Source: Eukaryota sp. GEM-RC1 (lineage: Eukaryota). Taken from it: a DNA stretch of 64,000 nt. The stretch covers positions 2,046,001-2,110,000 of the forward strand of contig JAUFOQ010000003.1 in NCBI GenBank assembly GCA_040285855.1, given 5' to 3'. Shown piece after piece: positions 1 through 10,538 of the stretch. Under the pieces are notes generated by a model. That model was not told the origin of the DNA and did not search any database. It worked only from the letters and a program-made list of their open reading frames with translations. How positions within the stretch are numbered: the stretch's first letter is position 1; each line of letters opens with the position of its first letter. The position numbers and the translations under genes are program-made.

Positions 1-2
1 CT

Positions 3-512
3 AATTTCAATACAGTTATTACCTCAAATTCAACCTCAACTTCATCTTCCTACATACGGAAAGATAAATGTCATTCCTGCAAAACCCTTGTCATGACGTC
101 TCTTCTTGTTCAGTGTCCTAAATGTCACTATTCCTATTGCTTAGAACATCGACATCCAGATCAACACAGATGCCGTAAACCCCCACCTCCTCCAAGAAAA
201 CCCTTTCTCCTCCCTGGTAGTTTCAATGCAATAGTAATGAAGAGGAGGCGTAAGGATGCTGCTGTAGGTAAGAAGGATATCCCTATTGCTGAAAGAGTTT
301 ACTTGGATGTAGTGTATCAAGATCAATGCAAAATGTTCTTTTTCACTCAATCAACGGCGGCTGGAAGAGCTGTTGATGTGATTGCATCTCACTTTAAGGT
401 CAGGAACTCAGCTGAGCTCAATTTGAAACGTGTCAAATCACGTGAGAGTCTTGTTAAGTCTAGTCTTTTAGGTAGTTTTAATTCATCTGTTTTAGATGTT
501 GTTCTTGAGTAA
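3..512 (+). CDS. AN1-type zinc finger protein with C-terminal ubiquitin-like region (ZFAND1/Cuz1-like), 5'-partial
   Basis: Frame is open from position 3. AN1 pattern CHSC...CPKCHYSYCLEHRHPDQHRC, followed by IPIAERVYLDV...FF...GRAVDVIA typical of the ZFAND1 C-terminus. Confidence 0.75.
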   Translation, partial: NFNTVITSNSTSTSSSYIRKDKCHSCKTLVMTSLLVQCPKCHYSYCLEHRHPDQHRCRKPPPPPRKPFLLPGSFNAIVMKRRRKDAAVGKKDIPIAERVYLDVVYQDQCKMFFFTQSTAAGRAVDVIASHFKVRNSAELNLKRVKSRESLVKSSLLGSFNSSVLDVVLE

Positions 513-1179
513 TACTGTGTTGGTTATGTTTCATTCTCCCAAAAATAGTTTTGACCGTATGAAATTTGAATTGTTTGCTTTAGATTATGATATTGGGCTT
601 ATTGACTTTCAGCTTAGATGCTTCAATTTAAATGCTATATATATCAAAATTCTGTGTGTTGTTCTACAAATACGACGCTAGTTCGAAATTCTTTTTACAA
701 CACATTTTGCCCTAATTTCAATGTCACCTTCCACATGAAAATACTATGCGAATCTTCTTTATATTTTTCGTCGTTTACACGATCTTCTCTTAATAGTCAT
801 CCGTCCGTCTTAAGTTAAGACTCTTAACCTTAAAATTCAAGGCTTAAAATTCAATGTTTCTTCTCTTGACATTTCCTGTTATTGTAAATAATCGAATTCA
901 CTGGACAATGAAAATTATCATTAATTTTAACCCGCTACAAATCTTTTACAAAAGTTTTCATGATCATGGAGAAACCTCTCACAAACGGTGTTCAAAATTC
1001 GTAAAATCATCTTCATTCATCAGTTTTTCAGTTTCTTGATAGTGACTTACAACATGATTGTTTTAGTTAGTTTGTTCAATACCAATAAATGTAAATATTC
1101 CGGAACACGCAGAAAATATACATGTACCTCGATTGAAGAATTCTGGAGTTCTTCACTTTACTCCTTCACAGATAATAAA

Positions 1180-2140
1180 ATGACCAAGACTAGACCTCCA
1201 TCAAAACGTAAACATGATGTCCTTCGTCTACTACGTAAAGATAACTTAGATCCTGAAATGGAATCTCAACTTAAAGAAGAACTTAAACTTATAGAGGATC
1301 AACTCGTTGTTGTACGTCGCAACGAACTTATTGAACGCAATCTTAACATCTTCAAGAAAATCCGTCACTTTGAACGGACAAAAGCTGCCCGTCAACTTAA
1401 AAGGGCTGAAAAACACCTCAACTCTCTCCCCCTCCGATGCCAGTGACGAAGATATAGCCCTTGCTGATGCTCAGCTGGTAGCTGCTCACTCTATTTGTAA
1501 TTATACTCAACATTTTCCTTTTGTTTATTCTTATATTTCGATCTTCAAAGAACCCAATGATGTTGATGCGGTGTCCAAAAGAGACTCAATCATGGAATAT
1601 TGTAATAAGAAGGCCCTCTTACTTTCTCAAGGGAAAACGGAAGAAGCAGAAGCTCTTTTATCAACTTTAGATGTTCGAGTTCCTACACAACCTCTCAAGA
1701 AAAGGTCTCAAAAACCATCGAATTCAGCTGTAAAGAAACCAAAACCAGTAAAGGAGGATGAGTCAGAAGAAGAAGAAGACGATTCTGAAGAAGAAGTGAT
1801 GTCCAGTGATAGCGATGAAGCTCCTGAAGTACTTTCCAACGAAAAGAAGATCGAATCTGAAGTTTCCCAGGAACCAGTTGAAAAACCAAAGAAGAAGAAG
1901 TTGGTGTTTGATTCGATCACTGACGGTGCTCCTTCAGGAGATGCCTTTGAGAATGACGATTTCTTTGGTGATGCTGACGATGCTTCTAAATGGGTGAAGG
2001 AAGAATCAAAAGAAGTAATGAAGTTGGCTATGAATGAGAGTTATCTTCGTTCGGAGGCTAGAACTGAACTAAGGAAGCACAGAAAGGATCGGAAAGAGAC
2101 TGTTGGAGGGCAATCAAAAATGAAACGGGCAAAGTTTTGA
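1180..2140 (+). CDS. EFG1: rRNA-processing protein Efg1 (one +1 indel in C5 run at ~1428-1432)
   Basis: KKIRHFERTKAARQLKR and NYTQHFP..YISIF motifs of the Efg1 family. Removing one C joins ORFs 988..1446 and 1307..2140 (HLNSLP-SDASDED). Acidic/lysine-rich tail. Confidence 0.75.
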
Positions 2141-2336
2141 TTGATTGAATGTAACAGACTTTCTTTAGTATGTTTTTAGTCTTTATTTAGTTCTTTTTTA
2201 CTGTTTCGATCTCTCACTGTTAGTTTTATGTCAACTAACTTTGTTTTTGTCTCACTGGTTTACATTAATTACTGCTATAGTTGTAAACCTACAACCTGAC
2301 CATGTTTTTCATTGGTATTAATGTATCAAATAAACT

Positions 2337-3583
2337 GTGTCTAATAAAGATCTGTTAAATTGTAATCGCTACATAACTTATCGAACGTGTATGCATGATA
2401 CTGTAAGAGATCAAATACATGCTATGTGTAAGTCTTACAAAATTGAGTCATTTGTTGAACCACTTCGATCTTTAGAACCAAGTAATAATTGTAATGTCGA
2501 AAAACAGAACCAATTTTTTGGTAAACGGAGAGCAGATGTTGTTGTCCCTTCTTCTTCAGACAAATTGTTTGTTCTTGATGTAGTGTCATTGGATGTTTGT
2601 AAAAAGACATCTTTAAAGAACGCTTCGTCTGAAACTTCTCCTTTAGACATTTCTGAACAGGCCAAACAGGATAAGTACAAAAAACCATTGATGGCTTTAA
2701 AACATGTAAAACATGTTGAGTACGAATTATGCCCTTTGCTGTTTCAATTTACGGTCGTTTAGGAAAAAGTGCATTGAATTTTTTAAACGATTTCGGAAAA
2801 ATCGTAAAAAATAGGATGAACAAACGTTTTGATCATGAGACGCCCTATTCTCACTCCCTGATTTCGCTTATTTTCACTCCCTTCCCATAAGTTTAATGGA
2901 TCAAAACTTCGATCCCATGAACTACGATCCCGGCTCTTTCTTCTTGCCGTGCCTTCTTCTGAAGAGGAGGATGATGGTAACGAACCTCGTGCTTTCATAG
3001 ACCTTAGTGAGCCTATCGAAGATGTCCCTGATGTTTCTTTCCCTATGGAGATCCCTGAACTGCTAAATGGTGTAAACGATACTAAGGACTATTTGGATGC
3101 TCTTAAAGAGAAAGCATTCGATCAGGGTTTCGTCATTCGTTTGTTTAGATCTAAATATACATGTTCATCGTCATACATAAAACTTGTTTGTGTTCATTCA
3201 ACTGGTAGTTCCGAGATTGGATCAACTCGCGTACATAGTTCATTCAGTAATAACTGCCGATTCTTTCTAGTCTTAAGAAGAAAACGATTTCCAAGGGAGT
3301 GGTTTGTTGATAGAGAGGCGTCGTTTTTGGAGCACAACCATCAACCCAGTCAAGACTTGTCTGTGTATCCCCAGTATAGTCGATTCACATTCAACCCCGA
3401 ACTCAGGGAACTCGGCGTCTCTTTGATCATATGTTATGGTTGAATCGGATCGTTTTTACTGTTTTTAAAACAGTTCCCTTAATCATCTCCAAAGCTTTAT
3501 TACCAGTGAGTTCGTTTTATGAGGACAAAGCTGTTGTAAGGTTTGATAGCGACGGATGTTGTTTTGATGATATCAAATTCTAG
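2337..3583 (+). mobile_element. 5'-truncated non-LTR retrotransposon, restriction-like endonuclease (RLE) C-terminus, family A, split by a MULE insertion
   Basis: LLNC...MHD, KRRADVVV...VLDV, KQDKY, PFAVSIYGRLG (one frameshift). Excising 2837-3421 plus one TSD restores NKRFDHMLWLNRIVF...DDIKF* ending at 3583. Confidence 0.75.
2837..3421 (+). mobile_element. Non-autonomous Mutator-like (MULE) element carrying a FAR1/WRKY-GCM1-type DNA-binding domain fragment
   Basis: 9-bp TSD TTTGATCAT at 2828-2836 and 3422-3430. Termini GAGACGCC...GGCGTCTC. ORF 2949..3443 has GFVIR...LVC...NCRF...W...HNH. Confidence 0.85.
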
Positions 3584-3971
3584 TTGTTTGATCTATTACA
3601 TTTATAATAAGACTAGACTCTACCTTAATGCACCATCGAATGCACCATATATCATCTCAATGCACCACAATCTTTTCCTTCTTTGTCTACCAGTTACTTA
3701 ATGGACTTCTTAAATCTTCGTGCGGATACCTTAGACGACCTTAAGACTTCCCTATATGAGCGCTGTATATATATTATATTATATAAAAGATAGAGAAAAA
3801 AAATAAAGATAGAAAATTCATGATTTTAAATATTAAATACTATTTAATAAATAGTAATACACAATTTGGTACTGTATGTCATGTAGATAAAATACAGACA
3901 AACTTAAATACAAATGCAAGAAACAACTGTAAGAAAACTGTTGTTCATTTAGATATAATATACAATGCAAA

Positions 3972-4658
3972 TTACGAAGAGCCACCCATGGAATCAGAAT
4001 AAGCCCAACAAGACGGGGGAAGATTATAGTAGGCCTGGTCAACAGATTCAGAAGGGAAGAAGTCATATGGATCTGCGTGAGATAATATGTCTTGGCTGCT
4101 TCGGATTGAGTACTCAGCATTTAGAAACACAGAGGCCTCGGACTTATCCAAAGAGTGACTAAAACTAACTCCAGAGCCTTGTGGGGTGCTCACAAGAAAG
4201 AAGGGATGTTGCAGTCGACGTTGTGGTGAAGGTTGAACAGGGACTTGTTGGTTTCTCTTGACCAGACACTTGAGAAAGACATCCTGTCTGCAAAGAGACT
4301 GTAGCAGGGCCTTTTTCTCGTGTATTTGTTGTTTGAGTGACTGGACTTCTGCACCTACTGTAGCAGAACGTTCTAATTCTCCAGATGCTGATAATAGAGA
4401 CTCCATCTCTGAGAAGCCTTTCCATCTTATTGAACGGTTCTCGGTCTCAATGATGTCTAAAGCTCGAAGAACATTGAGAGCATCATATACTCTACGTCGT
4501 AGATTAGATTCAGAGAGGGATTTGTCATGGTTGTGTTTCACAAGGTCATCAGCAACTTCACTATAAGATGTAGATTGACGAGCGAAGACTCGCTCAGCAA
4601 CTGCTCTGGCAAACTCCTTTAATCCTCCTTTGGAAGATTTGGTGGACTTTGAGGGCAT
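3972..4658 (-). CDS. DP-family transcription factor (E2F dimerisation partner)
   Basis: GLKEFARAVAERV...TSYSEVADDLV...NLRRRVYDALNVL...IRWKG winged-helix domain followed by DP dimerisation region (LVKRN...PF). First ATG at 4658. Confidence 0.9.
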   Translation of the reverse strand: MPSKSTKSSKGGLKEFARAVAERVFARQSTSYSEVADDLVKHNHDKSLSESNLRRRVYDALNVLRALDIIETENRSIRWKGFSEMESLLSASGELERSATVGAEVQSLKQQIHEKKALLQSLCRQDVFLKCLVKRNQQVPVQPSPQRRLQHPFFLVSTPQGSGVSFSHSLDKSEASVFLNAEYSIRSSQDILSHADPYDFFPSESVDQAYYNLPPSCWAYSDSMGGSS

Positions 4659-5214
4659 GTTAAGTATTAATAGGACAAAAGTAAATGCTGATATAGGTTT
4701 GGTGATATTAATTTTGGCCAAGCTAAATCTCGAGTACAGAATTAGTCTCGGTGAGACTAAATGTGTCTTTCAGTGTACATGCGCATACATACTATAATTT
4801 CTACAATCTCTTTCAACCGACCTCACAACCTCAACATAAACACATGGAGAATTTCTGGAACTGGCCCATTTAAGGTACTGTTTTGTAAATGCTATTACAT
4901 GTATCAGTAACCACAAAAAGTCTGATGTATTGCTCTTACATTAATACATTTATGGTACATTAACAGAATGCGATGTATGTATGCATCATTTTCTAAGTTC
5001 CATTCGCCTGTCCCAAGCCTGATTTAAGCAAAATGTATTCCCTTTATTTTTAAATAAGCTGTTATAAAGATTCAATCAGATTGACAGTTGCAACTGACTG
5101 AAGATCAAAAAGCCAGTTTAGGTTTGTTTGACACATGTTATCAATCAAAATGAGTGATTTGATCTTACTAGTAGATTTTGGAAAAATCGAACTGTGTTTG
5201 CAATCTTTACAATT

Positions 5215-5420
5215 ATAGTTACTTCTATATCTAAAACAATAACAAAAACACAAACTGAATACAGATGCTGCAAGGGCTCCCCAAATCTACTGAATAGATA
5301 TGCTCATATAACTCGGCCAAAATCCAGTCAAAATAGTGGTACATCGACCTAAATAACGAGAACGCAAGTTTATTCCAACAAAACCATCTGTTAAATTTCT
5401 TCCAAAATCTGCTTGGGGAA
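5215..5420 (-). mobile_element. RLE retrotransposon 3' fragment, family B (boundaries approximate)
   Basis: Reverse complement aligns by eye with 59460-59650 (...AAACTTGCGTTCTCGTTATTTAGGTCGATGTACC...GTTATTGTTTTAGATAT). Confidence 0.7.
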
Positions 5421-5839
5421 AAGGTCCAAATTAACTATTATTTTAACTAGTGTCCCAAAAAACTGTGTATTACGTGTTTTCAAAGTCATCATTTGTTACT
5501 AGTTCTAATATACTAAAGTACTACCAGAATAGAACACATACTGTACCATGTGGATTGACTTTTGAAACAATTAAATAACTATGAAAAGTTCATTCAGTGA
5601 TCTGAAGAGAAAATGACCAAGTGAACTAATTATCACTTTTAATATTTATTGTTCGATCACACATATATTTTGTGGTTGCTGTTAAATACAATATTTTACA
5701 ATTAAGTACATTCAATTAGTAATTGTTCTCATGGAAAACGGTGCTTTTCTTTAATCCGCAATAACAAATGCATTTTTAATCACATCCTTATTAACCCAAC
5801 ATCTTCCCTAAATATTTAAATATATGTTGACAATCAACT

Positions 5840-7400
5840 CTATTCAAGGATTTCAAGTTCGTGATCACTCTGAGCTAACCTTGCGAAGGGATAATAGTAA
5901 TTACCACTACTTAATCTGGGAAGAGTTCCACTATGATAAATTGAAGAATTATCCACGGTCCTGATTGTCAACGTGTAATTAATCAGATTTGCATTGATTT
6001 CGAGTATTTCACGTGAATCCCACTGAGTGCCGTTTCCTGAGAGACAACCACAAATAGTATTACCACTACTTGAACGGCCGTGTGCATTCTCATAACAAAC
6101 ATCATCAACTCTAAACTCTGATTCGTCAATGACTCCAACAATCAGATAATGAGTGTCTCCTTCGTACCACAACTTCCACGTGTAAACATCACTTGGAAGC
6201 AGTGGGTTTTGTCCTAAGATGTTCCGTTCAGTGAAACCATCTCCAACAACAACTACTCTTCTTCCACCCTGACTAACTCGTAACTGAGAATGTTTTAAAG
6301 TCTGTGAGAATCTAATCGCGTTGTTTTCCATTGTTGATTGGGGAAATGGTTGAATTACTATGGCTTGGAATTTTAATTCTTCAATTTCTTGTTGAAATTT
6401 AGTATTTTCTGTAACCAATTTAGAATTTTCTGTAACCAATTGAGTATTTTCTGTAACCAATTTAGAATTTGCAACTTTGAACTCCTGAATATCAGTGTTA
6501 AATCTAGAAATTTTCATGGATAAATCAGAATTGGTGGTTTTCAGACGAGAAATTTCGGCTTTTGAATCACGATTTTCTTTAGATAAATGAGACATTTCTG
6601 ACTTCAAGTCACGATTTTTCGTTGTTAAATCAGCAGTAAGTACATTTAAGTCAGAGTTATTGCTTTCTAGAACAGAAATTTTGGTTGATAATTCATAATT
6701 TTCCTTCACCAAAGAGTCAAAATACAGATTCATAATTCTTGTAAACAAAGAATTCATCAAAAGCCCAATTTTCCCAAAAATATAAACTACTTTTGATTTT
6801 TGAATAGACTTGAGTATAAATAATTTAGATTGAGTGACATGTGGACTGGTAGAAATCACTGCCTTATTGATACGATGATAGACTTGAACACGAACAAAGG
6901 CTTTAACGGCTGCCAGTTCATTGGGAAATGTAGCGCTTATCATTGGGAGAGACATTATAGCGCAAAACCCAATGAAAACGATAGTTATACCACTAAAATA
7001 GGTACTCATAATCCGCAGGAACACACAACTAGCAAGAGCCTTTACGGTGAGACAATCGTTGTTAAACTCGAATAGCTTGGAGTATAATTCACAAAGGCGA
7101 TTGACTACATGTGTAGTAGTCAAGAGAAAGCGATCAAGAGATTCAGAAGATTCAGGGATCGGGGGAGATGGACGTCTGAAAACTTTACGGGCATAATTCT
7201 TAATATAACCCCACATAAGAATTTAATAAAAATTTAATTAATTAAATTACAGACTATACTGAAAAAACAAGACTGATGACGGACATCGATCCAAACCTCA
7301 ACAACACATAGAACACACAACCAACGGCTAGAAGAAGTCCAGAAACGAAAGGACTTCTCCAATAGATAAGGTTGTTGAGATGATCAGAGTCTGACGTCAT
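5840..7400 (-). CDS. Reticulon domain - coiled coil - SPRY/B30.2-like fusion; frame disrupted at ~7217-7256 (possibly a pseudogene)
   Basis: NNLIYWRSPFVSGLLL...SVISLV reticulon N-terminal signature and a second hydrophobic hairpin. Heptad coiled coil with 21-bp repeats (KLVTEN x3, ~6400-6470). C-terminal YTWKLWY...LIVGV...YYPFARL SPRY-like domain. Confidence 0.6.
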
Positions 7401-7700
7401 TTTTATCGATAGAGTAGGAGGATGTGGAAACGAAAAGTTTTCCTTTAACTTTCTGCTGCTCATTATAGTACTACATAATAGAATTGCAACTTCAAATCTG
7501 TTTTCTTCTCGTTTAACGTGAGTCTTTGCTTCTGTTATATCAGATCGATCAATGTGCCGATAAGAGAAGCAAAAAATTCCGAATTATGATGTTCTTTAAC
7601 AACCGACAATTTCTAGACACGACCGAATGATATCGTGAGATTTACTGAATTCTATTGTACATGTATTAAGCATATAACTATAGTTGAATTACATTGTATG

Positions 7701-8369
7701 CAGGGCTCCTCATAAATAAATAAAAATTCTATTTATTTCTATTTATTTCTATTTATATTTATTTTTGAGCCTTTTTGGCGATCATGCAAATAAAACAAAA
7801 TAAAACAAAATATAAATAAATATAAATAAAATGCTGCAAAGTAAACTTCATTGATCTGTATAGTGCATGAGTTTATTTAGTACTCAAGGTTGTTGATTGA
7901 CTTGAAACATGATGTGTGAACATAATCAAGCTCAGCCAAAAATCAAAGTTGAGACATTTTGCCTCAAACTTTGCCATTTCTATGTCGAACCTAACAGATG
8001 CAGTCGAGCCTTTACCTGTGTTCTAAGCCAATCCAACGACTATAACCAAGAATGAACGATTCTCATAGTCGTTCACGATGTTAATTGTTGAACTAATGTT
8101 GAGAATCCACAGATGTCTATGGAATGACGACACAGTTAGAGCTCATATAGGAAGCAGAAAATTCAACTAATCTACTTCGACAAGAAAGTGATGATCAAAT
8201 GGATTGTGTATTCATCGATAGTGACTCAGATTAGATGTAAAACTAATATACTAATAAAATATTTTGTTTTCATTTGGATTTTATTTTGTTTTAATTATAT
8301 TTATTTCACATTTATTTTTGACACTTTTGGATGTTCAAATTATTTTAAATTATCTTATGAGAGGGCCTG
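7701..8369 (+). mobile_element. Non-autonomous TIR DNA transposon (hAT-like), copy 1
   Basis: Imperfect TIRs CAGGGCTCCTCATAA / CAGGCCCTCTCATAA. Direct repeat CATTGTATG at 7692-7700 and 8370-8378. Second, inverted copy at 28152-28837. Confidence 0.9.
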
Positions 8370-9099
8370 CATTGTATGTTCATTACAGGATCTGTAAAGA
8401 ATCTGTATCATTAAATCTTGAAAAACACTAATAGAAAAAATGCTTTATTAGTAATAATTCATTGACACCAATAATAAAGGTATTAATTTTATCAAGCGTC
8501 TACTCTGTTTATGAAACCAGTAATGAATAATTGTAGATTTTGTCTCTCACAAAGAGATACTTCTCTCTCATGACTTTGAAAAAACCCAACAAATGCTTAC
8601 ATTTCCCACCACTTCCCCCCTGATATAAGTTATAGTGGAATATAAGTTATAGTGGAAGAAGATGAATTTCAAATGTACAAGAGTTATCCAACGGTCTTGG
8701 CTCGACTTCAGGTCAGTGATCGTCAAAATATATAACCTCAAATACGGTAGTTTATCAGACAACTCCGTAAATAATTTCCGTATTTTACTGTACGATGTAT
8801 TTTGAGGCAAGAATATAATTTTGCGTAATTAATTGCAACGCGAAACCGTATTTCACCATAAATTCACTTTTGGATTTACAGGTATCTAGAACAAGAATTG
8901 TTATCAAACTGATCGTTTGTTTGGAGTGAAAACCATAGTAAAAGTCATACTTATTTCCATCACCGTAACCCTCTTATTTTCGTTTTGCAAGAATTGGAAC
9001 ATCATATTGAACAATATTTTTTTGATGTTCTGAAGATTCAAAACTTTGATAGTCATCAAAACGATCAGTTTTGGCAAGATATAGAAGATCGGCGTATCG

Positions 9100-9270
9100 T
9101 CTGGGCATTGTTTACGGAAAAATCCATATTTTACGGAAATGCTTTACCATAAATATTTTCCATATTTTGAGGGGGAACTCTATTTTACGGAAAGCAATAG
9201 TTGGTACCGTAACGTATTTATGGCAATTCCGTAAATAGGCTATTTGTATTTTACGGTTCGACTTGTCACT
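9100..9270. repeat. Cluster of TTTACGG/CCGTAA motifs, probably a degenerate DNA-transposon subterminal region
   Basis: TTTACGG recurs several times in both orientations. Similar motif clusters at ~8740-8870 and ~25410-25540. No TSD identified. Confidence 0.35.
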
Positions 9271-9379
9271 TTGGTTCGCCTTACTCAAATGACTCAAGTC
9301 AAAGTCAAGTCAATTTGGACTATTACAGGCCAAACTATATGGCTCCAGCCATTGACATCTCTAAACAATGACAAATAAA

Positions 9380-9460
9380 TTCTAGTTGAAAAACGTAATT
9401 TATTATCAGATAGGGATGAGGTCTTTTTGGATTTAATCTTACTGTTACACATGTGTTTTT
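9380..9460 (+). mobile_element. RLE retrotransposon extreme 3' fragment, family C
   Basis: GAAAAACGTAATTTATTATCAGATAGGGATGA (VEKRNLLSDRDE) matches ~32875-32910 (+) and ~34425-34460 (-). Confidence 0.55.
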
Positions 9461-10019
9461 CAAGTTCCATATTGTTGTAATGCCACCAGAGGGTATGCTT
9501 TGAATTGACATGAACACACAACAAAACAGAATCAAGATACCAAGCACCGAACCTAAGATTCGGAAAAGAAGACAGGTTTTTAAGCAAATGTAGTGACTGA
9601 TCATTTATTACTACCAAAAACCATTCTGGAACAAATCGAAAATCGTTGTAATGGTAGTCGACAATGATTAAGACTAATAATAATCTCGTTTAATCAAGAC
9701 ACTGATGACGGATGTATACATTTTGGGTTTTTGAGTGTTAGATTTTGATTATCATGATTAACCAGGATATAAGAAAGAGAACAGATCGACACTATTTAAT
9801 GTATAATCATGGGCTACTACTACGTTGTGGGGTTTCAATTTCGTATTCTACTATATATTTGCAATGTACACTGATGAGTCAAACGACACATTTAAAGGAC
9901 CTCAATACAAACAAGGTTCCAGTACAAACATGGTGAAGCGTAGGTATTCTTGCATTGTAAGTTTTCAATTAAAAAGCTTGCATTAAGACTTGTGTGATCA
10001 AGTAACAAAACTACAATTG

Positions 10020-10215
10020 ATTAGTATTGAAACAACGCATAGCATTATCAAATCTTATAACAGCTTTAACCTCATAGAAGACAGTCACTGCTACAGTAGT
10101 AGTAAAGCTTTGGAGACGAAAAGGGCAATTGTTTTAAAAACAGAGAAAACAGTATTAGCATGCATTAAACAAATTTTGAAAATATCACTTCTTTTGGTTG
10201 ATTTCCAAACTTTTC
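10020..10215 (-). mobile_element. RLE retrotransposon 3' fragment, family A
   Basis: Reverse strand reads VFSVFKTIALFVSKALL...FYEVKAVIRFDN, matching 3455-3560. Confidence 0.65.
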
Positions 10216-10538
10216 TATTGTAAAATTACATGGGAAAAAGGACTGTCGGAATTAAAACTAGTACAATGAAATGAGATAAGCGGCTCCAATGTCCAAATAC
10301 TACATGGTCTGTAAGTGAAGACATACTTTTGCGCCCAATATTTGGCCAAATATTAATGTAATAAATTGGTATGACCAATAATTAATATTGATTGCAACCG
10401 AAGTTGTGGACACCGATCTTCCCTAAGAAAGATTTCCTATAGCTACCAAAAGACCAAAACAAAAGATTCCACAGTCAAATAGCTTAACATCCAAAGAAAT
10501 GATTACCAAACAAAAAAGTACCGTAGATTTGGTAAAAG

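Noticed and set aside
9294..9617. ORF resembling a hAT dimerisation domain (FPNL...SLSDNKL)
   Set aside because: The conserved reading is on the opposite strand (VEKRNLL.D.DE), shared with RLE family C 3' ends.
10338..10355. Perfect 18-bp palindrome AATATTTGGCCAAATATT
   Set aside because: Single, AT-rich, with no TSD or second copy seen. Nothing supports a function.
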